Source: Moniliella sp. 'wahieum'
Lineage: Eukaryota
Assembly (NCBI GenBank): GCA_003971905.1
Contig: RSEE01000016.1
Span: 558,001-622,000 of the forward strand
Reading direction: 5' to 3'
Length of the DNA: 64,000 nt
A program made the translations under genes and the position numbers. Each line of letters starts with the position of its first letter. Positions within the stretch are counted from its first letter, which is position 1. The notes beneath the pieces are model-generated. The model was not told where the DNA came from and ran no database searches. It saw only the letters and a list, made by a program, of their open reading frames with translations. Positions 24,006 to 37,820 of this stretch are shown piece by piece.

Positions 24006-24927
24006 CGCAGGACTACAGGTTTCACCAGCTACCTCGGTCCCCTTTGGCCCGTCATGCAGTTTGTTCTACACCTGCCCCCGGTGCAAACGTGGGCGTCCGA
24101 ACTCCGTAGGCCCAAGTTTAGCGAATGATGTTTAGTTTCCAACTCCCCTTATCTGCTTCCCGCCGTGTCTCGATGATCGACGTCTTGCCCTCCCAGGGGG
24201 CACACAGCCTATGGCCAGCTTTTTCCCCTCTGGCGAGAGACCATGCCATCCAGAAGAGAGGACACAAACGGCGCCAAACGCTCGCTCAGGCCCAAGCTCA
24301 ATCCAAAAGTCTCAGCCGAAGGACCAAAGTGAGCGATGTGTAAACAGATGCGGATTGAGAGGATAGTCAGGAGGATGATAGCATGGATGAAGACAATATA
24401 TATATCAACTCTCACCCCGGCCCCAATGAAGTATTTGGGTTCACTGTGCCTGACTCTAGTGCGCTTGAAGAAGAGGTGACGATCAGTCCAACTGAACAGC
24501 GGGTACGCTTGCGCTGGGTGGCGCACCGAGTTTGAGCATTGTAACAAAAAGGATTTGTACTGCAACGAGCACCCTGAGCACGAAGAGTTGGACGGACCAG
24601 GTGCGATTTGTCCAGTGGACCACTGGTTTGCCCGAGAGTGATTCTGGGGAGCAGCAGAACTGAGATACTCAATTGCCTTTGGGTACACTCTACCCATCGT
24701 AACCGGTCACCGGCAACCAACATGTCTCGTGCCTATAAGAGAATGCTGCCTGACCCACTATGTATCCTACTACGTTTAATGCCAAACTGGGTGCAGGAGA
24801 ATGCATGAATAACCACCCCCACAATGCGGAGAGACAACCCGCTTGGGGGCGAGCAAGCATAGCGTCTCTCCCCATGCACGGGGATGAGAACGTGCGGCAC
24901 GCACGGTTTTGAGGGCCAAGCGGCTGC

Positions 24928-25556
24928 TTAGACCTTGAAGCCACGCGACTTGCGGCGGCCACGGGCCATCTCGCGCTTGCGCGACTTGCCGTTGCCACGC
25001 ACGTAGGGCTTGGCGTTGGAGTGAGGGCCCATGCCAAAGTGCTTGACGGCCTCGCGCGCGTTCTTAGGGCCGCGGATGAGCACCACGTTCTTGCCCGTGG
25101 GGGCGCGCAGGGCAAGCTGGTCAAAGGTGAGAGCTTCGCCACCGGAAGCCAGGATACGAGCACGGGCAGTCTTAGTGAAACGCAGGGCGGCGACCGAAAC
25201 CCGGGGGACCTCGAGCAGACGGTTGTCGTCAGTGATGGTGCCCACCACGGCGACCGTCTTGGCGTCCGCGCCGGTCGTGCCAGCGTTGCGCGTAAGGTAA
25301 ATCAGACGCGACAAGGAGACGGGAGGACGGTTGACCTTGCTCATATACAGGCGCTTAAGGATGGCCTTGTTGAACTTGCTCCCCGAGCGGCGAGCAAGGT
25401 AACGGTAGAGCTTGACCAAAAGCAGAAGGTAAGGGTCCTCCGACTTGGGGCCGTGCGGTTGCCCTTCTTGACGTGCTTCTTCGCGATATCCACACCCTGC
25501 ACACACAAGAGTCAGTCAACAGTACGCTCACCACGGCCAAGGGCTCTGCTTACCAT
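24928..25556 (-). CDS. RPL18: 60S ribosomal protein L18 (eL18); ATG-only first exon, intron ~25497-25553
   Basis: [47 protein letters not shown] and [12 protein letters not shown]. Confidence 0.97.
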
Positions 25557-25867
25557 CTTGTTGGCCTTGGTGGTTGCTGCTCCCTACGTGCGAAGGGACT
25601 TGGCTGGGACTGGCGGCGGCGAAACCGGCAGCGGGCGATGGCACGAGCAGGGTTGCAAAATGACTGCGGCGCACACTGGCCTAGTGGCGTCGCTCGCAGT
25701 TTTTAAATCCAGGCGGAATAACTTGTGTAGGGTTGACGCTCGCCTTTACGTTCTGCTGCGAAGCAGTAGGGTTGATGCTGGCTCAGACTGTTGCTTTTGT
25801 TGGGGGGGGGGCGTGGGCTACGGGATGCTTGGCTCTGGGCGACCGACACTCGATCCAGCCAACCAAG

Positions 25868-26939
25868 ATGGAAGTCGATGAACCGATGCGTGGCCGCAGT
25901 GCCACCCCTCCCCGACGCCGGTTGCGCGTTCTGCCTCTGCTCACAGCGATGCGGACCGCACCGCTCGGCGTCGCAGCCCCTCCCGGAGCCGGAGCCGCAG
26001 TCGTAGCCCCGCCCGCGCCGACGCGCGTCGCTCGCCTAGCCCGGCGCGCTACCGCGACGACTCGCCCCCGCGTCGCTACGGGGGTCGCCACAGCGACCGT
26101 TATGGCGGCGACCGCTACGGTGGACGGGACCGGTACGGCGGTGACCGGTATGGTGGCGACCGGTATGGTGGCGATCGATATGGTGGTGACCGGTACGGTG
26201 GTGATCGGTACGGCGGTGATCGGTACGGCGGCTCACGCCGTGAGCGTCGTGCGAACGATGGTGTGCAGGGTCCTCCGCCGACCAAGCCGCGCTCGGCCCC
26301 GCAGAATGTCGAGGCGAACGAGGTGGTGGGTGTGTTCGGGCTGAGCTTGATGACGACCGAGCGAGAACTGCGGGAGAAGTTTGAGTCGGTTGCGCCTGTG
26401 ACCAAGGTGGCTTTGGTATTTGATGCTCGCTCGGGCCGCTCGCGCGGCTTTGCGTTCATCACGATGGAGACTGTGGAGGGCGCGACGAAGGTGGTGGAGG
26501 AGCTGAATGGGTACACCATGAATGGTCGCGCGATGCGGGTCGACTATAGCTCGACGCGCAAGCCCCACGAGCCCACCCCGGGCGAATATCGTGGCGTCAC
26601 TCGTGATGCGCCGCCCGGGGGGTGGAATTACCGCGGGCCTGTCGCCTCGCGTAACCCTCGTCGTTCCCTCCCCCCAGCGAACTCGAGCGGCCCAGGGTAC
26701 TACCGCTCTCAAGCTCGGGCCTGGGGCGCCGGCCGCGACGACTGGCGCTCGGACCGCCGTCCTGATGACCGTGCCGGCCGCGATCGGGATGACGATTATG
26801 GTCGTCGCCCGTCCCCTCCGTCGAGGCGGTACTCGCGTTCCCCCTCCCCCGTCGCTCGCCCCCCCCGCGCGGCGATTCGCCCCGTCGCTTCCGCAGCCAG
26901 AGCTACGAAGGCGCAAGCACCCCCCCTCAAGGGTGGTAA
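25868..26939 (+). CDS. Transformer-2-like SR splicing factor (RS-RRM-RS); frameshifted
   Basis: RRM VGVFGLSLMTTERELRE...RSRGFAFITM...MRVDYSSTRKPHEPTPGEYRG is typical of Tra2 and is flanked by RS/RD-rich regions. Confidence 0.85.
26095..26232 (+). repeat. Coding 15-bp tandem repeat (DRYGG x ~9)
   Basis: GA(C/T)CGNTA(C/T)GG(C/T)GGN units seen directly. Confidence 0.9.
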
Positions 26940-28601
26940 CTTCCATCTCTTGGACATCACCCTTTCCTTTTATCCTTCCGCCCCTTCACAAGCGGCGAGG
27001 ATGGTGAAGGTTGTGGGCGCATGTCCCCAAAACAAATGACCTTGTCAGACCTTGCTCGTGCATTGAGCCAAAATTTTCTCTTTTCTGTTTGTCTACCGTG
27101 CCTTGATGCCGGCTAAAAACCCATTTTGCCCCGAGCCAAGACTTTGATCAACGTTTACCAAGTATATGAGAGGAAGGACCGACAAGGCCCAGCATGCTCC
27201 AAGCACTGTCCACTTGGTGCATGCAAGATGATCGATGAGCCTCAATGGCGAGAAAGGGAGAATGGGACCGGGAAGAAAGTGGTGCGCATGCTGTTTACGC
27301 TGCTCCAAGGTGAACGGTCAAGACAGTCAAGACCACAAGACAGAATCGCGACAGCGGGGGTGGGACGAGTGGGTGGGTGGGTGGGTGGGGGAGACAAGAT
27401 GAAAGGATGGGCGGACGGGGCGTGTTTGACCTTCAAAGACTAGGATCGATGGTGGGCGATGGGCGATGCCTGGCCGAAGAGGCGGGTGAGGGGCTTTGAC
27501 TTGAGGAACTGACCAGTGTGATTTGGGATTTGGAACAGGTTGTGACGAGGACTGGGTGACTGACGGAGGTCGGACTTCCACATTGCCAAGAGGGGAATTG
27601 AATGGAGTAATAGACCAACAGATGTGTGGAGATGGATGGAGCGATGCATACTGAGGGAAGGGGATGGGATGTGTCTAATAGCAGGCGACACATTATGGTA
27701 ACGACATTACATGTTACAACGGGGTTCCTGCTAATAGGTTGAAGCCAGAAGCTCGACTGAGATACACTTTCTAGATAGTGGAGTATCGGTTGAACCATCG
27801 GTGTACCAGGGAAAGCACTGGGGCAGCCCAGATCGCCCCGAGGCGCCGGGATGGGCTGTGCGCTGCTGTGCGTTGCTGTGCCAGCCATGTGTTCGCTGCA
27901 GTTCAAACGCAAACAGAGCTGCCGAGCCGCCCTGATCGATGATCGCAAGCACGGCCACACACGCCTCGTGGCAGCACCCGCCTGCCCCCAGCGGGGCCCA
28001 ATCGCAGGTGGCCTGCGCTCTGGTGCCGCCGCCTGCGGATCGATCGCTGCTCGTGCTGCTCGTACCAGGCGGCAGGGCGGGGCAGGTGTGCTCGGGTGCA
28101 CACACACACACACCCGCCACCGCACTGCCTCCGTGGCAGGGCGGTGGCCCATGCACACTGCACTGGCCCACACAGGCCCCTTGGCGATGACGTATGTCGT
28201 GTACAGTGCGAGGCTTCAAGCTAGTCAAGCCGGAGTAGCCCGCACCACCCGTGTCCGCGCAGCACGGAGGCACTGGCGAAGCCAAATAAGGGGGTTGCAT
28301 CGGTGATCTTGATCACAGATCATCAAGTGATCGAGTGATCGCGCCCAGCCGAGGGCCTGTATCGGACTTCCAGGGCTGCCGCAGCTGAGACACGCCGCTT
28401 TGCTCTCCAAAAAGCGTCAAGCGCCAAGCTTCAAGCTTCAAGCTTCAAGCTTCAAGCAGCAGCTTCCCCAGACGTTCAGCGCACTCAGCTCCTGTGAATT
28501 CGGCACCTTGGCAGCACCACCCACCTACTCCGCACCACCACCCCCCACCACCCCCCCACCCCCACCACCCCTGCCGTCGCCCTCCCTCCTTCCCGTCCAG
28601 C

Positions 28602-31600
28602 ATGTCGTGTGGAACGCCAGTCGCGACGGCAACATACTACCGCACCACCCTCATCACTCACACACCATCTACCCCTCCTCCTCCCCTTCGCCTGCCTCCG
28701 CTTCTGCCTCTCCGTCGGGCTCTCAGACGCAGTCTGGCTCGAGCAGCAGCACCCATGCTGCCCCATCCTCCGCCTCCCCTTCCTCTTCCTCATCCGTCAC
28801 CACCGCTTCACCGGTCTCGACTCTTACCGGCCCCCGACCGTCACCCTTTCGTCGACTTCTGCACCGTCGTCATCGCCCCTCTCCAGCTCTCCTTCACACC
28901 TCCCCACGCCTGCTTCCTCGTCAGGCGTGGCCAGTGCAAGCTCTGGCGCCACCGCCTCCAGCGCGAGATCGTCAAGCTTCAGCGCCCAGCCAACGAGTAC
29001 TCCTACTTCTTCTCAAGAGTCGCTCTCTCCATCGCTTAGCCCGACCAGTTCCGGCGCTTTCTCCTCCCCATCTACCTCCCGACCGGCCAGCTCGGACGTG
29101 ACGCCGGTACCGGCCTCCTCCACTGAGGCAACATCTACGGCAGGAGTCTCTTCGGACACCCTTACTTCAGGGTCCCATTCTACCACGGGGTCTGCTCCTT
29201 CCAGCGTGCAACAATCCTCCCCTGTACCCACCTCCTCCGATGCCACCTCCCGTCCGCCTGCATCTTCGTCGGCAACGCCTACTACATCGCAGGGGACGAC
29301 GAGTTCTGATGCCCAAACGAGCACCCAACCACAGAGAAGCTCTGCACTGCCCACGAGCTCTGGACTGCCGACCAGCACCCAGGCTCAGACAACGTCTCAG
29401 CAGCATCCCACATCCCAGCAGACTACCTCTGAGCCCCAAACCACATCTCAAAGTCCCACCACATCCCAGCCTCAAACTACATCCAGCATCCCACCACGTC
29501 GGAGCCACAAACTACATCTCAGCGGCCTACCACGTCCCAGCGGCCAACCACATCGCAGCAGCCAACCACATCCCAACGACCAACTACATCCCAACAGCCA
29601 ACCACGTCCCAACAGCCGACTACCTCTCAGCGGCCGACTCCCTCGCAGCGACCTACTACTCCCAGCAGCCCACCACGTCTCAGCAGCCAACTACGTCTCA
29701 GCGGCCGACTACATCTCAACGACCGACTACCTCTCAGCAGCCCACTACCTCTCAGCGGCCAACCACGTCGCAGCAGCCCACTACCTCCCAGCGGCCAACC
29801 ACGTCGCAGCAGCCCACTACCTCCCAACGGCCAACCACGTCGCAGAGACCTACCACGTCGCAGCAGCCCACTACCTCCCAACGGCCAACCACGTCGCAGA
29901 GACCTACCACGTCGCAGCAGCCCACTACGTCGCAGCAGCCCACTACGTCGCAGCGACCTACCACGTCGCAGCAGCCTACCACGTCTCGGCAACCCACTAC
30001 CTCTCAGCAGCCTACCACGTCTCGGCAGCCCACTACCTCTCAGCAGCCTACCACGTCTCGGCAGCCCACTACCTCTCAGCGGCCCACTACATCGCAACAG
30101 CCCACCACATCCCACGAGCCCACCACATCGACCCATCCTACCAGCACCCATAGTGGTAATGGTCAAGGAGGGACAACCTCCAACCATAATGGTGGCACCA
30201 GCGACTCGCCCACTTCGAATGGATCCAGGCCAACCTCCACTGCGGGAAATACCAGCGCGAATGGAAGTGGCAATGGCGGTTCGAACACAGGCAATGGCTC
30301 GTCCCACACGGGTGGGGACAACAATGGAGGCACTACGTCGGGCGGTACAGGGCAACATACCTCGAATGCAGGGGGTGGGGAAACTTCAAGTGCCGATCAA
30401 GGGTACGGAAGCAGTGGAAGCGGTTCAGGCTCCTCGCCCGAGCGGAGAATGGATGCGAGGCGTGCCCCCGTACCGCGGCCCACGGCCATGGCTGTCCACC
30501 CAGCTGCCAAGCAGCGTGATGGAAGTGATGGGGGTGGGTACCAGATCCAAGTGGAAACGAGCCTGATTCCGATCACCACATTATATTCCACCCCGGCGTG
30601 TGAGGCTGCAACGGTGACCAAGACAGCTACCGCGGCGGAGCCAACCGATACGGGTCTGGTCACCCTGACCTCGGTGCTTGTCGTTCCAGGAACCACGATC
30701 CCGGGGGTGACCACGGTGCCCGCGATGACAGAAACAATGACTTCGACGGCAGTTGTGGTCGTTGGCGATGATCCGCAAGGTGGATTGGCCAATGGAGGAA
30801 GTCACGCAGGTGACTCTCAAAACAAATCCTCTAACGCGGGTGCAATCGCTGGAGGTACCGTGGGGGGGGTGGCGGGCGCCGTTCTGATCCTCTTGGCCTT
30901 GCTTCTCTTCTGGCGCAAACGGTCGCGCAATCGCATCGATGATGCCGATGCCGCCGCCCTGGCCCGTGCGGGCGAAGCGCCGGGTCCGTCAGGGGGCGAA
31001 GGAGAAAAGCCTCGAGAGCGCTCCCGTTTGGCCACGAGACTGAGTTCAGCCTTGGGCTTTGCCTCGTCGCACCCACAATTGGATCGTCTCTTCACGCCGG
31101 CTGGCTTGAACGGCTCGGGTCATGGCCACCACCCCTACACCGATGACGATTACGAGCAGCCCGCCCCCGGGCACGGGCGGGGCGAGCGTAGACATGAACC
31201 ATGGGAACCGCGATCTGGAGGCCTCACCAGCCCATCTTGCCCCGACCGATGGCGTGGGAGGTGCTGCTGAGGGCATGGCCGCGACGCCCGAAGCTGAAGG
31301 GGGTGCTTCTGTCACTCGGCATGCCACTCAACCGTCTTGGACTTCTTCGTTGGCCTACCCTGGCAGCATCTCCGACCCGACCGGTTCAGATGGCACCCAC
31401 CCCGACTGGGCCTCGCGTGCCGCTGGTCCGTCCAACCCTTTTGCAGCAGATGCTGTCTACCCACGCCACTATGCTGGACTCAACCCTGAGGATGTGGCGG
31501 CGTACTATGCTGGTGCATCGGGCACCAATCCAAGTTCGTCCGTCAGAAGGGGGACAGCAGACGGCCAACTTGGGTTGGTCAGCTCGGGGTCGGACAGTGG

Positions 31601-32432
31601 GCTTACGTCGGACCATGTCCATCCAGCTGTAGCTGCCGGTGCAGCAGCAGTCGCGGAACAACATACGCCTGACCATCCGTACCAACCGGGCCACTACTCT
31701 CCTTTTGAGTCAGCCGGGGTGGAGGGGCGCGGGTATGACCCAGCAATGCTAGAAGCGTATCATACGCCTGTCGAAAGTAGGAACACCGGCTCCGGGGGAG
31801 ACCCTTCTCCCTTTGACGATCCTCGCTCTGGGACTGGTTACTCGCCGACGCAAGAGGGAACGCTGCCTGTTCCATACCCCCAGCATGCCTCGTCATCCCA
31901 AACGTGGCCGCACTCGATGGATGGCTTACTGGGAATGGGCGATGGTCTGCAGACGTTGGCCGAAGGGCCGAGCCAGGGGACCGGGCCACCACTCGTGCCT
32001 CAATCCGGAGGGGACGCTGTCGATGCCGGCTTGCATTTGCGCGAGGGTCCGGCGGGGCAGCAAGGCCAAGTGCGCACCGTTCCCACCGTCACCGCCGTCG
32101 TATCTCCGTACGGCCGCGCGGCTCCTCTCCGCCACTCATTCTCTGCCAGCATCTCCGACATTCACGGTACCTCGTCCCTCTCGCATGGCCCTTCGAGCTC
32201 GAGCTCGCACCACTGGCCGGCTCACACGGCCGATCCTAACCCCTTTTTTGATCCAACATCCGATGCTGCTGGCATGTATCAACCCGACCAGCCCGATTCA
32301 AGAGAAGGAAGCCGACTGCTGCCTCACTTCTCGCACGGTGAAGAGGGATCTATCACTGAAGGGCGCAGGCGGCTTGGGTCTTATCCCTCACCCTATGCTC
32401 ACTTACCCATGGACGAGATGCCCGATGCCTAG
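28602..32432 (+). CDS. Mucin-like Ser/Thr-rich single-pass membrane protein (frameshifted; start uncertain)
   Basis: Long S/T-rich region, PTTSQQ repeats, TM AGAIAGGTVGGVAGAVLILLALLLFW followed by RKR, and a long disordered tail. Confidence 0.75.
29400..30140 (+). repeat. Coding 18-bp minisatellite encoding PTTSQ(Q/R)
   Basis: Dozens of CCNAC(C/T)ACNTCNCAGC(A/G)G units seen directly. Confidence 0.92.
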
Positions 32433-35400
32433 CTTTTCTCTCTCTCTTCTTCATCCCGCCCCGTCCCCTCCCCCATTTATTCCTCCTTCGGGACTATCCG
32501 TCTTGCTGGTGGCCCCATCCTTGTATCGTACCTGTATTTTCCCTCTGTCTTCTGTTCGCTATGATGTCCATGTTCATGTCGCGTCTTTGAATACGTTTTA
32601 TGCCGTCAGTAGATCTGATTGGAACCCTGTCCGATGTAGGCTGGACCAAACCCCCTAACCGCCTATAGGCTTCAGTGAGCCCAAGGAAAGATCGCACTGG
32701 TAGCGTGTGGCTGCATGTATCCATCCCTTCTTGAACCACTCTCTTCACCCTGTCCATCGTTTCTTTCCCTAGAGCCACTGTCGGGTCCTGTTAAGCACAC
32801 AAGCATGTAGTAGCGAGCTCTGGCGCCTCCCTCCAACAACGGTCACACATGTCACATTCGACCCCCGTCTGAATTCCTTCAACCCATTTTGTCTTTTGCA
32901 ACCCTTGAGCAGGATCACCGGAACCGCTTTTCGCCCACCGCCAGGTTCATTCGCCCAACGTGTGCTGCAGTCCAAGCCCACCCTATTAGGAGGTCTTCAA
33001 TGGGGTCCGCAGCAAAAGTCAGGATCTTTACTCGTTCCCGCAATTCGTCTCCAAATCGCATGTGGCATTAGTGGCTCCAGAATAATCCTCTGGTAGACAT
33101 GTGAGCGAGGAGGCAATGGTTATCTCGGCACCTTGGGACGCGGTGAACATGGCTGGGTGAGTGCCTTCCAGGCCAAGCCGACCTGCAGACTTTGAGCAGA
33201 CTATACGGATCGGTGGGCAATGTACCACAGTAGCCTACGGACAAAAGGGCCCATAGGCCGGGGGGTGGCCAGATGGCTCAGACACGGAGTTCATCGTCCA
33301 ACCGGTGTAGGTAAAGCACCATCCTTCAGTGACAGGCGAAGTGAATTAAACTTCAGGTTAACCCGTAAAGGTTGTGCATAACAAACTCGAGTAGACCATC
33401 TATCTGCTAGAGAAGATGCTGGCAAGCATTGAAGATACATAGAAAACGTAGATGCGACATGGATTTTTTCATGCGGCAGCCCGATCGACTGCTGGTCCAG
33501 GCAGAAAAAGGTCACGACAGGCGAGGTGTGACGGTCGCAGTTTTGGTAAGGCGCGTGGCGAGCAACGAGGTGCATCGAGCCAGGCTAAGGCAGAGTGAGC
33601 CGCTTACTTGGAGCGGGCACGCATCTTTCTGCGTTTACGGCGCAGACGGCGCATGCGTTTCTTCCTCCACTTCGCTCTCACTGCAAGGCAAGGCAAGGTC
33701 AGCACACTGCAGGAGGCAGAGAGCAAAAGCAGGTAGCAGCGGGCGCTCAAGCGCAGAGGCGACGTACTTTTGGGTTGACCGGACTGAGAACGCTGGTGGG
33801 GGAAACAGGAGGGGGAACAGAACATGGCCACTAAATAGACCCATCCACTCGGCTGGAGCTAGGGTTGCGCTGGGCGCATTCGCCGCAGCACGGCATGACT
33901 GCTGTAGTGCGGTGGTGTGCCCAAATAAATTACGGCGGCTCGGCTTTTGGGCCCTCTGAGCCTCCGAATTGACGTCAGCCTTAGTAGTCCCAATGTATCA
34001 GCCGCGTCGGCTCTGAGTGAGGATCGAGGAAGAGCAAGACCTGACTGGTTTATATAGGACTTGGACGTGGAAGAGGTTGTGACAACTCATTCTTGCTTTG
34101 GGGGAAATGCTACCTCGGGCCACATCCGTCGTTTACGGGTGTGGAGGCCATAGAGGTATCGGATGGTTGGCTATATCCTGCAGTCTCCTCTCTGGCAGCC
34201 ACTCGCACGCCCACAACCACAGTAACCCTCGAGTGCGTTTTTGTACTTGAGCAAACTGACCCATGGCAGTAGAAGCAGAGGATAGGAGAGTCGTAAATAA
34301 ACACAGCAGCTGTAGTGTTCTCCCTCCCTGATGGTATTTTGTCCTTAGGACCGCTGTTGTTCTACTCTTTCAGTATCGTCGCCGACGGCATTTTCTCTAC
34401 TGTGGTTGACTATAGAGACGGGTGGTATACAGAAACCGCATGGAGGACTACCCCACTTGTACTGTTGTATCCGGGACCGCTACACTTTTCACACCCCACG
34501 TCTCCAATGTACAGGCATCTCTGATCTTCATTTTGACTTTGGTAGTTGATGAACCCTCACCTCGTGGCGCATCATGGTAAGTATGGACTGGGAAAGCTGT
34601 CGCGAGCTCCTTATCGAATACACACGCCGTGTGCACCGAATGTGTTCAAGCTGTCCTTCTCCGTTCTTCTATAGTGCATGATGAGCTGTTGAGGCTGTCA
34701 GGGTTGTCTTGATCTTTCATAGCGCGGTACCGTGGAGTGCCCCTCTCTTAAGCCAACACATATGGTGGTTCTTTTTGAACTTGGTCAACGTCCCCTCAGT
34801 TCCTCCTGGGCACCACAGGGCTAAGCGTTTTGCTGTTTGCTCGCTTCTGCCTTCCTGTTTCGAGTCAGGCGCGGAGGCGACTACCTGCTTAATGCTACTC
34901 TGTGCAGGTTCTTAGCCGTGGCCTTCGTCCACCACCACTTGGGGATGCCACTACCGTCGAGAGGGCCATCAGGGCTCCATGCCTCATCACGCTCTTCCTT
35001 ATTCTGTTAGACCCGGGGACCAAATCATGGTCTACAGTGTTATTATTAGTGTTCGCTCACTGGATGCGGCCTCGACTACACCAATGTGTTTTTGATATTT
35101 AGGAGGAAAGAGCATAATCATGCTAGATGGCATACAGCATTGGCTCCACCCCGTTTTTCATCACAGGCAGATGGTGCGTATACTGTCCCACTCTAAATAT
35201 CCCGCGGAGGCGAGGAAGAGGACTTTTAAATAGATCCTCTGTATTGCTGGTGAAGGACGCCAAAGTTAGGAGCAATAGATATGCCACGTCTCTCCATAAT
35301 ACTAGGCGACAAGGGTATGATGTGATGCGGAAGATACACAAAAGCACACGACAACAGTCAATACATACTAGGCACACGACGGAGTGGCTATAACCCCCTT

Positions 35401-36115
35401 TTTTGAACGGGAGAGGTGTGTGTTGTGTGGATTTGACTGAGGCCATTGGCGTTGTTGTAGAGGGAGGCCGTGTCGCGCCACACACTCGTGTAGTGGTTCC
35501 GATAGTTCAAGAGCCCGAGTCCTTCCCGTTCATTCTTTCCGGGATCTCGTCAGAATCTTGGGGGCCGTTTACGTCGGGTGCCGCTGCAAGCGGTGATCTG
35601 CCAGCCAACACATCTCTGCGTGAACTCACCAAACACCAGTATGCGTCACGGAATCCCTGCTCCGTCCTTCGGGCATTCAGGTCTCCGCGGAGACCTATGA
35701 TGAACGAGGAAGTGCTATCGGATGGCTCCGCTTGCTTCTGTTGGGGGGGGTAGTGCTAGGCTTCTCCTGCTCGGCCCTCAGTGGATCGGTGACGCTCTCG
35801 CTTAGCCGGTCGAAAGGGTTCCGCTCGCAGGGCGCGCACGCCCTGCTCGCTCCATCTCCCTTCTCTCTCTCCTGTCTCCTTCCCTTCAGACGTTGCTTGA
35901 AGACTTGTGGCTCACCACTTTGCCTTCACGCCTTGTCTGACGGCTGCTTTGCAGCTGATCCATAGGATCGCGAGTGCTCCCAGTCGCACTCTAGCAGCTT
36001 CGTCTGCTTCGCTCTGTTAACATCTATGCCAGTGCGAGGGGATTGGATAGGAGGGGGTTACGAAAAAGGGGTCAACCAACAGTCAGCATATCCTCGATCA
36101 GTGGGAATCCTTTAT

Positions 36116-36457
36116 CCCACCTTCCATTCTCGTCCCTTCCCACCTTCTGACCGTTTCCAGCCAATTGATTGAGTAATACAGGCAACCTCTCGTCTCCACT
36201 TAGCTGCCTCATCTTCACTATCCAACCTCGTCGTTCAGCTTTCCATCCGCTCAGTCGCGCAAGCCTTCCTTCAGCGGTATCGGTTCCGCGTACCACAGAG
36301 CATATCGCGTGGGTTTCTTCCACAGTCACTGCCCTGCCTCAGCTCTGGCAGTGTTTTCCCTCCACTGCATCTACCCGTTCCTAAGCCCCGGAGGCTTCAG
36401 ACACGGTACTACCCCCAAGCCGGCGCATACGCAGCCTTGCCACGCGTACGGCCGCCT
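36116..36457. repeat. Dispersed diverged repeat, copy 1 (paralog of 44880-45208)
   Basis: Shared collinear blocks CCCACCTTCCATTCTCGTC, TTTCCAGCCAATTGAT and CCTAAG.CCCGGAGGCTTCAGACACG.TACTAC...GCAGCCTTGCCAC. Confidence 0.8.
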
Positions 36458-37820
36458 CGGATTCCCACCTCTCCCTTGCTCCATCCCCTCCCAGTTGTTC
36501 CACCGATCCCCTTTGTCCCCCTCCACTTCTTGTCCCCCCTTGTCCCCCCCCTCAATTGCTCTCCACATCTCCTCCTTGCTCCACCACTCTGCCTTGTGCC
36601 ATGGTTACTCTTTGCACCACGGCTCCCCTTTTAAGGTATGGGGGACGCGTCGACGCGACTCTGTGACGCGACTCCGTCATATGCCCAATGGTTGGCGGCC
36701 ACCCTCCCACCCGTCACGTGCAGTCGGGGAGCAGTAGGGTTCAGGTCGGGAGCAGTAGGGTTGTTGGCACTTTTCTGTGCCTCCTGCCATATGGTAATAG
36801 AAGATTGGACGAGATGTATCTACTAACGATTCATGGTGGCTGTTCACTGGCCGTCCACACCAATACGGAGCTGAGATGGCTGAGAGTGTGTCTCGGGGAA
36901 AAAGCATCCATTGGAGCTTGGAGCTTGAAGCTTGATGCTTGAAGAAGATGCTATATGGTGGTGCATTGTGACATTGGCGTGGATTGGGCCAGCAAACTCG
37001 TGTAAAAGTAGTACAAAAGGAGATGGGCCCGAGCCCTGCGGCATATGCCATGCAATCAAGAACAAGAGGAATGATTACTCGTTGAGATGAGCGTCTTCGG
37101 GCTTATTGTTGGATGGCCGATGGCTGCAATCAGAGGTGGTGTCTCTGTAGAGCAGGAGAATCCTGGCAAGATGAGAGATCGCGCGTAGAGGGTGCCCTTG
37201 GGGAAAAGACACAAGCTATATGTATACACCCTATTTATTAGCGGCAGCGGAGGGAACGTTTATGGTCGATCGCGTTGGCCATCGCCACCGGGCCACCTCA
37301 GGCCCTCAGGCCTCAGGCCTCATTAGTCACTAGTCACTGCTTATATGTTCCAAACACTGAGCAGGTGGGATGGATCTATGGTCTGAGAGCTCACACGGTC
37401 TGGTCTGTGTGCGGTGCGGAACCCACCTCGCTCTGGGTTGAAACGCGCGGATACACACACATTGAAGGGAGGCCACTGGGGGCGCCTCCCCGCGATTCTC
37501 GCTCGGGGGCGCTTTCTATTAAGATCTCGCCCCTGTCACATGTCACAGTAGGCCAGCTCTGTGGCACAGAGACAGTGCCGATCCGATGAGCGCTTTTGCG
37601 CGGCCAAATGTAGGATGGCTTGCTTCATCGATAGATGATCGGTGATTGCATATATAACGTTGCGGGTACCTAAAAGGCCTAAGGCCTAATTCATCAGCAT
37701 CACAAAGCAGTGCCTCCACTCTGCTATCCTCGCCACCTCCCCCCGTCTGTTCTTTGCGCCACCACCACCCCCACCACCCTCACCACCAGCTCTACTGTTA
37801 CCTCCTATTTGTTCGTCATC

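Noticed and set aside
24125..24720. Short ORFs with a hydrophobic stretch
   Set aside because: No supportable gene model or family.
29400..30140. CRISPR-like array
   Set aside because: It is a contiguous coding 18-bp minisatellite with no unique spacers, in a eukaryotic context.
28602..32432. Msb2 ortholog call
   Set aside because: I saw no HMH domain or conserved NSLGW-type C-terminus; only the architecture is similar.
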